A DNA stretch of 64,000 bases from Tetramitus jugosus (Eukaryota > Protista > Heterolobosea), in NCBI GenBank assembly GCA_937625935.1, contig OW569361.1:461390-525389 (forward strand), written 5' to 3'. Under the pieces are notes generated by a model. The model was not told where the DNA came from. It did not search any database and worked only from the letters and a program-made list of their open reading frames with translations. Shown piece by piece: positions 22,748 through 32,702 of this stretch. How positions within the stretch are numbered: position 1 is the first letter of the stretch; every line of letters starts with the position of its first letter. The translations under genes and the position numbers were made by a program.

Positions 22748-25363
22748 ATGTGGAACAAAATTTCATCTCTTGGTAACGTGGTTGCTGATTTCACCAAGGA
22801 AGTCATCACGGCCAACTCTGACAACGAGGAAGAAGATGAAGAGTTCTACGACGGAGAATCTGTTACTCCGAGAACACCCCGAAAAACACCGAATCATGTC
22901 CATGAAGAGCACAATCGCAACAACAATTCATTGTTTCAAACCGAGCCGATCTCCCATACTTCATCTTCCTCGGATAATATTGATCCGTTTTTCTCTGATG
23001 ATTTTGATCAAATCTCCTCCAATCATCATGATCATCTGAAGAACAATGAATCATCATCTTTGATGAGCCATCATCAAGTAGGATCCATCCTCTCTTCAGC
23101 AGAAACGGAAACTGAAGAAGCTTTTTGGAAACAAATGGAAAAAAAATATGCGGAGGAACATCGCGAAAACGAACAAAAAGTTTTACAGCTCGAAAATCGA
23201 GTGCGCGAAAAGGAATTTTTAATTTCGCGGTTAGAGCGACAATTACTGGAGCGAAATAAGTCAAGTACAGTAACATCTCCACTTGTTGAAGTTGATATCA
23301 ACAGTGATCACTCGTCTGAAAAAATTCAAGAGTGTACTCAAGTGGTATATGATCAACTTCAACAACAACTTTTTTCATTGTTAAAGTTGGATGATCAAAT
23401 AGAGAAGGAAAATGATGTAAGTGTGTTGTTGATGGACCAGTCAGAGTTGATGATCAAGTGGTGTGAGTTGTTTGATGACTCTGTAAGTCAATTGAATGAA
23501 AAATTGTCTCATTCATTGTTGGTGGATGGTTCAAGTGACAGTGAGAGGAAGAAGAATGGTGAAAATGGTGATGAAAATGGCATGTTTGTTTCTAATAAGA
23601 ATGAAACTTCATTTGCAAGTGATTTGTTGAATGGTAATGAGAGTCAGGAATTGAATCAATTGTGTAATGATTTTCGGATCATGTTATCTAATTATAATAA
23701 TCATGCTGTGCCATCATCACCATTGTCCACAAGTGTAGGTAACGGTGGTGATGATGATGTCAAGAATCAATTGATTGAAATTATGATGTCGAGTAAGACG
23801 TTGTTATCAGAGCAACAACAGAGGCTATTAGAGCACGAGTCTTCTCAGAGAAAGATGCAAAGAGTTACAAAGGACTCTGTTGAAAAATTCCGTCTCCTGT
23901 ACAATTCCATTGTTCAATTATGCAAGTCCAATCACATTGGAAATCATGAAACATTTGTGACACTTGGTGATGTTGATACCAAGGACCAGCAACATCATTT
24001 AGACTCGGTTAAACTAAAGGACATTATGCAAATGAGTAAATCATTGGAAGCACATGTGAAAGCAAGTGGATCATCGCTCGATGCATGCTCCCAGGCATCA
24101 GCATCACTCCATCAATTGCTTGTGAATGGAAAGGAGAAGCTTCCAAGAGTTTCATCAGACATGAGTGCTCCACAGAGTTTGCTCATCTATGTTTCTGCAG
24201 TTGAACACTACACAAAGAAGCTGTTCGATACAAATAATCAAGTCATTTCTCGGTTACAGCATTTGCAACAGAAACAGATGGAAGACATGGACAAGAGCGC
24301 TGCAAAGGACAGTGATCTCAAGAAAAAGTTGAACCAAATGACGCAGCAACACGAGCAACAAATGAGAAAGAGCACTGAAAAAATTGATAGTTTGAATCGT
24401 GAAATGCTACAATTGGATCGAGAGAACAAACGATTGAAGAGTGAGCTTCACTCATTGAGCTCCAATGCTAAAATGTCAACAGAAGAGTTGGAATATCACA
24501 AAGAGGAGCATGATTATGAGAAGAAGGAGTTGGAGAGTAGAATCGCAGAGTTGGAGAACGAACTTTATTTGATACGAGAGAGGGACAATGAGCATGAAGC
24601 GAAACAGAAACAACTCACGAACGAAATATCGATCTTAAACAGCAAATCGAGCAGTTATCTTGAGGAGTTGCGACAAAAAGAAGAAGCGCTATCAAATTTG
24701 GAGTTGGCACTCGAGTCTTTACAGTCTGAATCGACGCGCAATGTTCGAAAGCTGAAAGTGAAACTCTCCGAGGCTGAAACGGCCACGAAGAAGGCTGAAG
24801 AACAAGCAATCAAAGCATTAGCAGAAAAAGAGGAAATACAGAAACTGAAAGATCAGAGCGATGCAATGATTGCAGAAATGAAACAAGATAATACGCGGTC
24901 TGACACATTGCGAACTCAGTATGATGCTATGCGGACAATGCTCGAAGACGCCATTGGCAGGGCAAACGATGAAAATTTAGTTGATCGAAGAGTAATCAAT
25001 CGTTTGTTGATGACACTGTTTGATCCTTCACCCTCCGAGTCCAACCACGCTAATTCATTACTCGGATCTGAGCCAATATCAGACAAACGAGACAACAAGG
25101 TTATTGCATTGCTGTGCAGCACGCTAAGAATGGATGCAGAGCAGCAACGAATCACAACGACGACATTACGAAGCATGGTCCGAGGTCATCATGAAACACC
25201 AATCGCAAACACCAACTCTGGATTGGGTGGCTGGTTCCGTAGTAGGAGTCCGAACACCCACCTGTCAGAGAGCAGCTACGAGAACAAAGGAGCTGAAAAG
25301 TCATTATCCAAACTCTGGGTTCAATTTTTGATCGAGGAATCGAGTAAGCAACCAAATGTATAA
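22748..25363 (+). CDS. GRAB-domain golgin (GMAP-210/Rud3-like)
   Basis: Long coiled coil. C-terminal ENLVDRRVINRLL (GRAB) and SLSKLWVQFLIEES (GA1). Confidence 0.8.
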   Translation: MWNKISSLGNVVADFTKEVITANSDNEEEDEEFYDGESVTPRTPRKTPNHVHEEHNRNNNSLFQTEPISHTSSSSDNIDPFFSDDFDQISSNHHDHLKNNESSSLMSHHQVGSILSSAETETEEAFWKQMEKKYAEEHRENEQKVLQLENRVREKEFLISRLERQLLERNKSSTVTSPLVEVDINSDHSSEKIQECTQVVYDQLQQQLFSLLKLDDQIEKENDVSVLLMDQSELMIKWCELFDDSVSQLNEKLSHSLLVDGSSDSERKKNGENGDENGMFVSNKNETSFASDLLNGNESQELNQLCNDFRIMLSNYNNHAVPSSPLSTSVGNGGDDDVKNQLIEIMMSSKTLLSEQQQRLLEHESSQRKMQRVTKDSVEKFRLLYNSIVQLCKSNHIGNHETFVTLGDVDTKDQQHHLDSVKLKDIMQMSKSLEAHVKASGSSLDACSQASASLHQLLVNGKEKLPRVSSDMSAPQSLLIYVSAVEHYTKKLFDTNNQVISRLQHLQQKQMEDMDKSAAKDSDLKKKLNQMTQQHEQQMRKSTEKIDSLNREMLQLDRENKRLKSELHSLSSNAKMSTEELEYHKEEHDYEKKELESRIAELENELYLIRERDNEHEAKQKQLTNEISILNSKSSSYLEELRQKEEALSNLELALESLQSESTRNVRKLKVKLSEAETATKKAEEQAIKALAEKEEIQKLKDQSDAMIAEMKQDNTRSDTLRTQYDAMRTMLEDAIGRANDENLVDRRVINRLLMTLFDPSPSESNHANSLLGSEPISDKRDNKVIALLCSTLRMDAEQQRITTTTLRSMVRGHHETPIANTNSGLGGWFRSRSPNTHLSESSYENKGAEKSLSKLWVQFLIEESSKQPNV

Positions 25364-25417
25364 AGAAAAGTGGTTGTTGCACATTGTAAAATAATAGTGT
25401 ATGGAACTGCAGTAGTT

Positions 25418-26797
25418 TTATGTTTCCTCTTTTGATTGATTTGCCTCCAACAGTTGCATCATGAATTCCCTGAGATAATCTCCATCACCAGCGAGGAACG
25501 AATCAGGATTAGAGCATTCGCTGTTCGTTCTCAGATCTTTGACCAGTTTGTACGGATGGAAAACATAGGATCGAATTTGGCTGCCAAATGCCACATCGTC
25601 CAAACTATCCAACCGATCCTTCTTAATCTGTTGTCTCTTATTCAACTCGAGTGCATACAGCTTCGACTCCAAAGTCTTTAGTGCCTTCTTCTTATTCTGA
25701 TGCTGTTCGCGATTCTCTTGGCAACTCACAACAATTCCCGTCGGTTCATGCGTGATGCGCACAGCAGAATCCGTCTTATTCACATGTTGTCCACCAGCTC
25801 CTGAAGCCCTCATTGTTTCAATCTTCAAATCCTTTGGATTCACTTCCACAGTGCCAATCGAATCATCCACTTCAGGGTACACATTGACACCCACAAACGA
25901 CGTGTGTCGCTTATTGTTATCATACGGAGAGCATCGAACGAACCGATGAACACCATGTTCATTCTTCAACCAACCATATGCTCTCTGACCACTCACACTC
26001 AACAGAGCATGCTTAATTCCAACTTGTTTCGCACTTGTCACATCTTGAACCTTTGCAACGAGTCCATTATTGCTGCACCAATTGACATACATGTTCATGA
26101 CACTCTCTGCCCAATCATTCGTGTCCATTCCACCTGCACCTGCATAAATTTCAATAAAACAATTAAAATTGTCTTCTCGCTCACAAAACAATGTTTCCAA
26201 ATCTTTTTCATCCAACGAGTGACTCATTTTTCGCAACTGAACTCGTAATTCATTCAAAATTTGCTTATTTTCTTCTAGTTCTTCTTCTTGTTGAAGCATC
26301 AACAACAATTCTTGATGATTTTGCAATTGTAGCAATGCACTCTCCAAGAATTGAATTTGATTTTGAAGAAAACTTTGTCGTTTGATGGTCAGTTGAGCTC
26401 CCTTTGTATCATCCCAAAAATCTTCCATGTTGATTTTTGATTGAATGACTTGTAGCTCTTGCTTGAGTAGAGGTAGGTGAATGCGATGAGAGATGATTGA
26501 GATGCGAGATTTCAAGTTTTGAATCATAGAGTCAATCTCATGAATGTGTTCATGGTTGTATGAGTGGTTATTGTTGTTGTTGTTATTGTTGAAGGAGGAG
26601 TAGTGGTGGTGGTAGAGACGAAAATTGTAATGTTGTTGAGTGATAATGGAGGAGTGGTGGTGAATGGATATTGTTGTTGTTGATGCTCCATTGGAGGAAA
26701 AGCAAAGTGGAAAATTGTGGTGGTGGTGAAGAGAGCGAGGGAGAGCTTGGCCACCGTAGACAAAATGGCGCAATTTTGAGATGGCGGGTTTTCTCAT
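25418..26797 (-). CDS. prfB: Organellar (mitochondrial) peptide chain release factor 2
   Basis: AGAGG..DWA, EHGVHRFVRCSPY (SPF-like), RASGAGGQHVNKTDSAVR and FGSQIRSYV; N-terminal transit-like extension. Confidence 0.9.
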   Translation of the reverse strand: MRKPAISKLRHFVYGGQALPRSLHHHHNFPLCFSSNGASTTTISIHHHSSIITQQHYNFRLYHHHYSSFNNNNNNNNHSYNHEHIHEIDSMIQNLKSRISIISHRIHLPLLKQELQVIQSKINMEDFWDDTKGAQLTIKRQSFLQNQIQFLESALLQLQNHQELLLMLQQEEELEENKQILNELRVQLRKMSHSLDEKDLETLFCEREDNFNCFIEIYAGAGGMDTNDWAESVMNMYVNWCSNNGLVAKVQDVTSAKQVGIKHALLSVSGQRAYGWLKNEHGVHRFVRCSPYDNNKRHTSFVGVNVYPEVDDSIGTVEVNPKDLKIETMRASGAGGQHVNKTDSAVRITHEPTGIVVSCQENREQHQNKKKALKTLESKLYALELNKRQQIKKDRLDSLDDVAFGSQIRSYVFHPYKLVKDLRTNSECSNPDSFLAGDGDYLREFMMQLLEANQSKEET

Positions 26798-26848
26798 TGT
26801 TTTTCACATGCGTTTTTTGCTTTTTCCTTCAAGCGGAAAAACTCTTGC

Positions 26849-28864
26849 ATGAAAAAAATATCAAACAATTCAAAAATGATTTTCCCTCGCAAAGGATCAT
26901 CTACTGTATTGCCATGCATGCTCCGAAAACTTTCCCACCAACACCATCATCATCATCACCAATGCATCAATCATTTTTTCACCCAAAGCTTTTCACATCT
27001 CACCTCTAACCACAAAGCTAACAACAACAACAATGCTCATCAAACAAAAACTCAAATTATCACAACACCAATCTTCTACGTCAATGGACCACCACACATT
27101 GGTCACTTGTACACTACTCTATTGGCTGATACCATGAAACATTGGTACACTATCCAATCAAAACAACAACAACAAGTTCAAAAATCAAGTTGGCTCATTA
27201 CAGGCACTGATGAACATGGTAGTAAAGTTCAAAAATCAGTCATGAGTGTTAACGCCTCAACAACAACAACCTCATCATCACTGACTTCTGCAGAAGAAAT
27301 AATGTATGACTATTGTACGAACATTAGTCTACAATTTCAAAAATTGTGTTCTGATTTTCAAATAGAGTATGATAGCTATGTGAGAACTACACATGATTTT
27401 CATAAACGAGTGGTTTGTTGTTTGTGGAATCGTCTCATGAAGAATGATGCCATCTATATGGGAGAGTACAATGGATGGTACTGCATGAGTGATGAGTGTT
27501 TTCAAACAGATGTCATTTCAGTGGTTGATCCAGTGACTGGTGAAGAAAAAATGGTGTCAAAATTGAGTGGACACACGTGTGAATGGCTCACTGAAAAGAA
27601 TTACAAGTTTCGATTGTCAAAATATAGACCATTGGTGTTGCAATGGCTCCATGACAATGCAAATCATCATTTGGTGACACCTGTGGAGAGATTTAGAGAA
27701 GTGGTGAGTGCGCTCAGTCGACACGAAGAAGATCAAGATTTGTCTGTGAGTAGAACACGTGAACGAGTGCAATGGGGCATTCCTGTGCCTGGTGATTCTT
27801 CTCAGACAATTTATGTGTGGTTGGATGCGTTGGCCAACTATATTACTGGATCGTTGAAAGAGTCGGATTTTCCAGTTCGAAAAGATGGGAGCAGAGACAT
27901 TGATTTTGATGATTTGAAGAACAAGTTGTTGGAGGGTGGAATGTGGCCACCAAGAGTGCAGATTCTGGGCAAGGACATTATCAAGTTTCATGCGTTTTAT
28001 TGGCCTGCATTCTTGATGGCTCTCGATTTGCCATTGCCTCAACAATTCATTGTTCATCCCTATTGGACAGTGGATCGAGTCAAGATGAGTAAATCGTTGG
28101 GTAATGTGTTGAATCCGAGTCAATTGGTGGCTGACATTATTCAACAACAAGAGCAGCAACAGTTGCTGAGACAACAAGGAAACAAGTCTGCTAGCTCGAA
28201 CAAGATCGCGAAACCTACTCTTTCAGTAGAGGATGCTCGAGACTATGTGCGATACTACTTGTTGAGAGAGGGCAATTTGAAAGATGATTCCAATTTCAGT
28301 ACAGCCGAGTTCGCGGACCGTGTCAACGAATTGGCCAACGCATTTGGTAACTTGTGGAATCGAATGTTTAACAAGAGATTTGTGCCCGGCCCACGCACCA
28401 TCACCTATCATCAATCTCATGTTGGTGCAGCAGGTGAGTTGATTGAACGAATTAATAAGCTACAAACCACACTGAGAGAGTGTTATCAATCAGGTGATGT
28501 GAAACCAAGCATCGTTCATACTTTTGTCGTCTTGCACAGATGCAATGAACTGTTTGATGAGTTGAAGCCATGGTTATGGCTGAAGGAGGCGACTAATCCT
28601 GAGCGATCAGAGAGTGAAAGGGCGGAGATTGAGAAACAAATTGAATCTCTCATGTTCGTTGTTGCAGAAACGCTTCGATGCTGTGCCATTGCGCTCTATC
28701 CTATCATGCCTCGCCGAATGTCCAAACTCCTGCAATACTTTAACGTCGAGCGAGTAGACATTGCTGATCTACAGTTTGCTGTGAGAGGAGAACAACTTCA
28801 TTTGAAGGGGCATGCATCTGATATTCTTTTCCCAAAGTTATTTGGATCTATCAACAACAAGTAA
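26849..28864 (+). CDS. Methionyl-tRNA synthetase, mitochondrial type
   Basis: ITTPIFYVNGPPHIGH, TGTDEHG, YVWLDAL, GKDIIKFH and KMSKSLGN. Confidence 0.95.
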   Translation: MKKISNNSKMIFPRKGSSTVLPCMLRKLSHQHHHHHHQCINHFFTQSFSHLTSNHKANNNNNAHQTKTQIITTPIFYVNGPPHIGHLYTTLLADTMKHWYTIQSKQQQQVQKSSWLITGTDEHGSKVQKSVMSVNASTTTTSSSLTSAEEIMYDYCTNISLQFQKLCSDFQIEYDSYVRTTHDFHKRVVCCLWNRLMKNDAIYMGEYNGWYCMSDECFQTDVISVVDPVTGEEKMVSKLSGHTCEWLTEKNYKFRLSKYRPLVLQWLHDNANHHLVTPVERFREVVSALSRHEEDQDLSVSRTRERVQWGIPVPGDSSQTIYVWLDALANYITGSLKESDFPVRKDGSRDIDFDDLKNKLLEGGMWPPRVQILGKDIIKFHAFYWPAFLMALDLPLPQQFIVHPYWTVDRVKMSKSLGNVLNPSQLVADIIQQQEQQQLLRQQGNKSASSNKIAKPTLSVEDARDYVRYYLLREGNLKDDSNFSTAEFADRVNELANAFGNLWNRMFNKRFVPGPRTITYHQSHVGAAGELIERINKLQTTLRECYQSGDVKPSIVHTFVVLHRCNELFDELKPWLWLKEATNPERSESERAEIEKQIESLMFVVAETLRCCAIALYPIMPRRMSKLLQYFNVERVDIADLQFAVRGEQLHLKGHASDILFPKLFGSINNK

Positions 28865-29080
28865 AGTTTCATGTTTTGTCTTGTCACCCCAACAAAGTAA
28901 TTGAACAAAGCGAGTCCAGAAGCTCACTCAACCAACCACCATCAGATATGGAGAACAAAATTTAAACAACACTGAGATGCTAATAATTATACTGTACATT
29001 TATTGTGTTGGTTCTTGCTCATCTTACGCAGAAAAGGAATGTGAATTTCCTCTTGTCGTTGATTGCAACGTGATGGCTGT

Positions 29081-31156
29081 TTATGCAGCTGAGTGTAACT
29101 CTGTGTTCAGCTGATCTGCCACTTCCTCTTTCATAAAACCATACTGTGGATGCTTCTTGAACCTCATCAACGTATCCAACAGGCATGTCTTGCACTCGGA
29201 CAGCAAACTATTGAAGAATGACTGTTCTTTCTGCACCAAACGCTCATACTGATCCGGATCTTCCTTGCATTTCAGAAGCAATTGACGATCTCTCAGTAAA
29301 TCTGACTTGTACAAGCTTTCAATGTCGTGTCTCGCGTTCGATGCCAAATTCAACTCAAACTGACTCCCGTTCGCCACAAATGTCTCCATGACAAAATCCT
29401 TCTTGGCCAGTAGAACATCTAGATTCTTCTCAGTCTTGTATTGCGTCGTGATATAAATGTAGAACTTGCAGCTCTCTTCAGCTCTCTCAGAGTACGAATA
29501 CAGGATAAAGTGCTTGAATGGGAGTGGCAGTGATAGGACATCGTCCAAATCTACACCGTCCTTGTCTAATACGATGCGATGCAACGTTTTTTGTTCAGGT
29601 GTCATGCGATTCCGCAAACTATCATCCACAACGAGCTTTGTCGTTGTATTGGAGGTCATGCCTCCAACGCGAGACATTTGATTCATGTTCAACAATGAAC
29701 AATGAGTGATACATTCGGACAAGTAGTCCATGGCTTCCGTTTGGTGCGACGTAGTCGCAATCATTTTCATATTTTGTGCTTCCATTTTGGCAATCTTGTG
29801 CATCAAGTGTTCTGTTTTGGTCTTGAATGGATCCAAAAAGGAGCTCGTGATATCGGAGAGCACACACTCTAGCTTTTGCAAGTTTGATTGCAAGTTGTTC
29901 AGTGAGCTCTGGTGCTCCGACTCATCTTCACCACTAGTCGTAGACCATTTGCTTGGAGAGGCATCAGAGTGCAGTGAAGCAACGTCATGTTCACTGGCCG
30001 TATCCATACTGTCAACATCGCTCGTTGCACTAGACAAGAACGAGTTTTGATGTTGAGGGTAGCTACCGCCGTGTGGGGAGATTGCGGATGGATTGTGAGG
30101 TGCCTCTAGTTGAGTCTTGACTGATTTCATGACAGCCAAGAACCGATTCTTGTCCGAGTTGGTGCTTCCGGGTATCTCACCCAGTGAGAGCACGACGTAT
30201 TGAGTCTTGCCACCGCGGACAATAATAGGAAGCGTCCGAGGGAGACCAATAAGCTTCTTCTCACCAGATTTTCGGAAACGGTCCATGTATGCATCGTGCT
30301 TTTCAGCAATGTACGAAGGTATGAGATCCTTGACGTTCATTCGCAGCATTTCACCGTGCATGTAACCAAAGAGTTGAGTCAATGAAGAGTTGACACATTG
30401 TATATCACCAAATGCATCTGTAATCACAGCTGCATCAATCATTGCCTCTACAGCGGAGTGAATATTGAGCGAACCGCCATTCACGTTTCGGTCGACATCA
30501 GAGCTGCTGTCACCTTCCATTAGTCCGCAATTGGCTTGATTCCTAGAGATGGTCCCAGAAAGCACCCGTATCCAATCTTCCTGCGTTTCCGAGTCATTTG
30601 CTCTGAGCACCAACGGAGCTCTCTTGTCAAAGAAGAGACCAATCGTGCATTTTTTTCCGGTAATGGGCTCCCCATCCACTGCCTTTACAATAATTGCGCG
30701 CTCTTGTCGGTTCGGAGAGGTTTGTTCCGATGCCGCGGCGCCCACCCAAAATTTTTCCGTGACCTGGTAATGCTTCTGTTGACTTTTGAGCGGGTTTTCA
30801 AGTTGGCTTGCTGTAGCTCTTGTTGCCGTTGATGTAATCTGAGGAGAGCTTGACGAGGCAATACCACCACGATGCACGGGTGATAATGATGATCCGAGAG
30901 GTGATGAAACAGGTGAAACAGGAGATGAAGAGACTTGAGTAGGTGGTTTCACTCTCATCAAGCATGAGCCATCCATGACAAAATATCCAACTTTCCACGA
31001 AGAAAACACGAGTCTTTGTTTCACTTGGAGAGAACCTTCCTTGACGACCATGTCTTCATGGATGGAAAGAGAATCTTCAGTTTCGATTCTACGTGACATG
31101 CTGCCGCCGCTCTTGTGATGATGATGACTGGTGGAGAATGGTGATGATGAGCTCAT
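29081..31156 (-). CDS. PH + PAS + RGS domain signalling protein
   Basis: KEGSL...WK..YF...EDWIRVL (PH); DAAVITD..G.I..VN...FGY...NVKDLIP (PAS); FKHF...EESCKFY...ELNL (RGS). Confidence 0.85.
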   Translation of the reverse strand: MSSSSPFSTSHHHHKSGGSMSRRIETEDSLSIHEDMVVKEGSLQVKQRLVFSSWKVGYFVMDGSCLMRVKPPTQVSSSPVSPVSSPLGSSLSPVHRGGIASSSSPQITSTATRATASQLENPLKSQQKHYQVTEKFWVGAAASEQTSPNRQERAIIVKAVDGEPITGKKCTIGLFFDKRAPLVLRANDSETQEDWIRVLSGTISRNQANCGLMEGDSSSDVDRNVNGGSLNIHSAVEAMIDAAVITDAFGDIQCVNSSLTQLFGYMHGEMLRMNVKDLIPSYIAEKHDAYMDRFRKSGEKKLIGLPRTLPIIVRGGKTQYVVLSLGEIPGSTNSDKNRFLAVMKSVKTQLEAPHNPSAISPHGGSYPQHQNSFLSSATSDVDSMDTASEHDVASLHSDASPSKWSTTSGEDESEHQSSLNNLQSNLQKLECVLSDITSSFLDPFKTKTEHLMHKIAKMEAQNMKMIATTSHQTEAMDYLSECITHCSLLNMNQMSRVGGMTSNTTTKLVVDDSLRNRMTPEQKTLHRIVLDKDGVDLDDVLSLPLPFKHFILYSYSERAEESCKFYIYITTQYKTEKNLDVLLAKKDFVMETFVANGSQFELNLASNARHDIESLYKSDLLRDRQLLLKCKEDPDQYERLVQKEQSFFNSLLSECKTCLLDTLMRFKKHPQYGFMKEEVADQLNTELHSAA

Positions 31157-31779
31157 ATAAATAATATAATTGTTTGTGTTGGTGTTTTGTTGTTTTGTTG
31201 TGTGTGATTGTTGATGGCACTGGTTATTTGTTTTTGGTAAAATAAATAATGGGGAGAAGTTAGCTCTATCCGGAGAAATAATTCAGTGACTTGCTGATGG
31301 ACTTGTGTGCTGATGGATTTTGGCTGTTGTTGGGGTTGTTGTTTCGAATTCCTTCGAGCAACTATAAGAGAAAACAAAAAGCGATGGGATTCCAGAGGAG
31401 GAATATTTTTTGGGCTGCACGTTCAAGTTTTACGTGAATCATGAATTCGGTGAAGAGAAACGTGATTGCCTAAGACGGGACGAGTGACCCCAGAAGAGTT
31501 CGCTAATCACATTGTTCGGGGCGAACATGTCATTGCTGATCGGAGCTGGATTGATCCAATCGGATTTGCCTTCAAAAGTGATACAGTTCCGATCAACAAA
31601 AACAGTTTTGGAGTTGCAACTCTTTTCTTTAACGTTCATATTCCAAATTGAGGAACCCTGTAGAATACGCATTAAGGAGGACGAGAATTACCTGGGTTGG
31701 TAGGTGTCTTCTACAATTTAACGTTTCAAGAAATATTGTTGTAGTGGTTGATTTCTCAAAATCAAGTTGCAACAAATTC

Positions 31780-32541
31780 ATGAAGACCACTCGACACCAC
31801 GTAGCAATGGGGCTTCCTGTGGGACAACCAACAAAGAATTTTCAACACAATTCGCCGAATGAATTACGATATCGAATCGGTCTCCATGATAGTGGGATTG
31901 AGATGCTGTGCCAATCTCCTCTGATCTCTCGCCAGGAGCGTTCAAAACACAAGGAACAATATTGGAACACTGATGACAGTTCGTTGGTAATGTCTAACAA
32001 ATGGTGCAAGTTAATTGTTGATAGAAACGATAGAACTGAGGTCAGGTACAAGGAAGTGACGAACTGCCCACAAACTATTGAATACAACTTGACCGTCGCT
32101 TCTCACTTCTCAGATGTTGAGGAGTTGATAGATTTACGATTGAAACCTTTAACGATTATGGACGTGGAAAGCGTTATCCTCGATTCACAGTTGGGCTTTT
32201 CTGTGCGCATTGACTATGCAACATTTGAAGATGGAGATCCGCATTGCATTTGTAGCTTGGAGGGTATTGAGAATATACCAAGTGATCTGTATCAAGAGTT
32301 GCAAGCTCATTGCATTTCCCCAATAAGAAATAAGATTTGTGAGTACCTTTTTCGTTACAAGCCAGAATTGTACCAAATCTTGGTAGATAGACAGTATGTG
32401 GAAGAGATCTATGAGACCAGTGTTTTAGATTCTCAGTGGAACGACCTCCAATCCCACCCAGAGCTTGATTTAATTATTGCGAGGATAGAAGGAAGAAATC
32501 CTGAAGGAATTGACCCGTGGGAGGAACATTTTGAGCTCTAA
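31780..32541 (+). CDS. Divergent CYTH/thiamine-triphosphatase-like protein
   Basis: EQYWNT...L...NKW, YKEV, FSVRIDYATF and NKICEYLFRYKPELYQIL resemble THTPA. Start uncertain. Confidence 0.5.
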   Translation: MKTTRHHVAMGLPVGQPTKNFQHNSPNELRYRIGLHDSGIEMLCQSPLISRQERSKHKEQYWNTDDSSLVMSNKWCKLIVDRNDRTEVRYKEVTNCPQTIEYNLTVASHFSDVEELIDLRLKPLTIMDVESVILDSQLGFSVRIDYATFEDGDPHCICSLEGIENIPSDLYQELQAHCISPIRNKICEYLFRYKPELYQILVDRQYVEEIYETSVLDSQWNDLQSHPELDLIIARIEGRNPEGIDPWEEHFEL

Positions 32542-32702
32542 TCTCCTTTTTGTTATCTAATATCCCCGCATCAACGAAAAGACACAGAAAAAATCCCTCC
32601 AACTAAGATTGAAGTTTCGTTTTCACACCGGCGGACAAAATCACACGGACGAATTACCCACACAAACAAAAAAACATTTGTGCGAAAAAAAAGCGACTAA
32701 AA

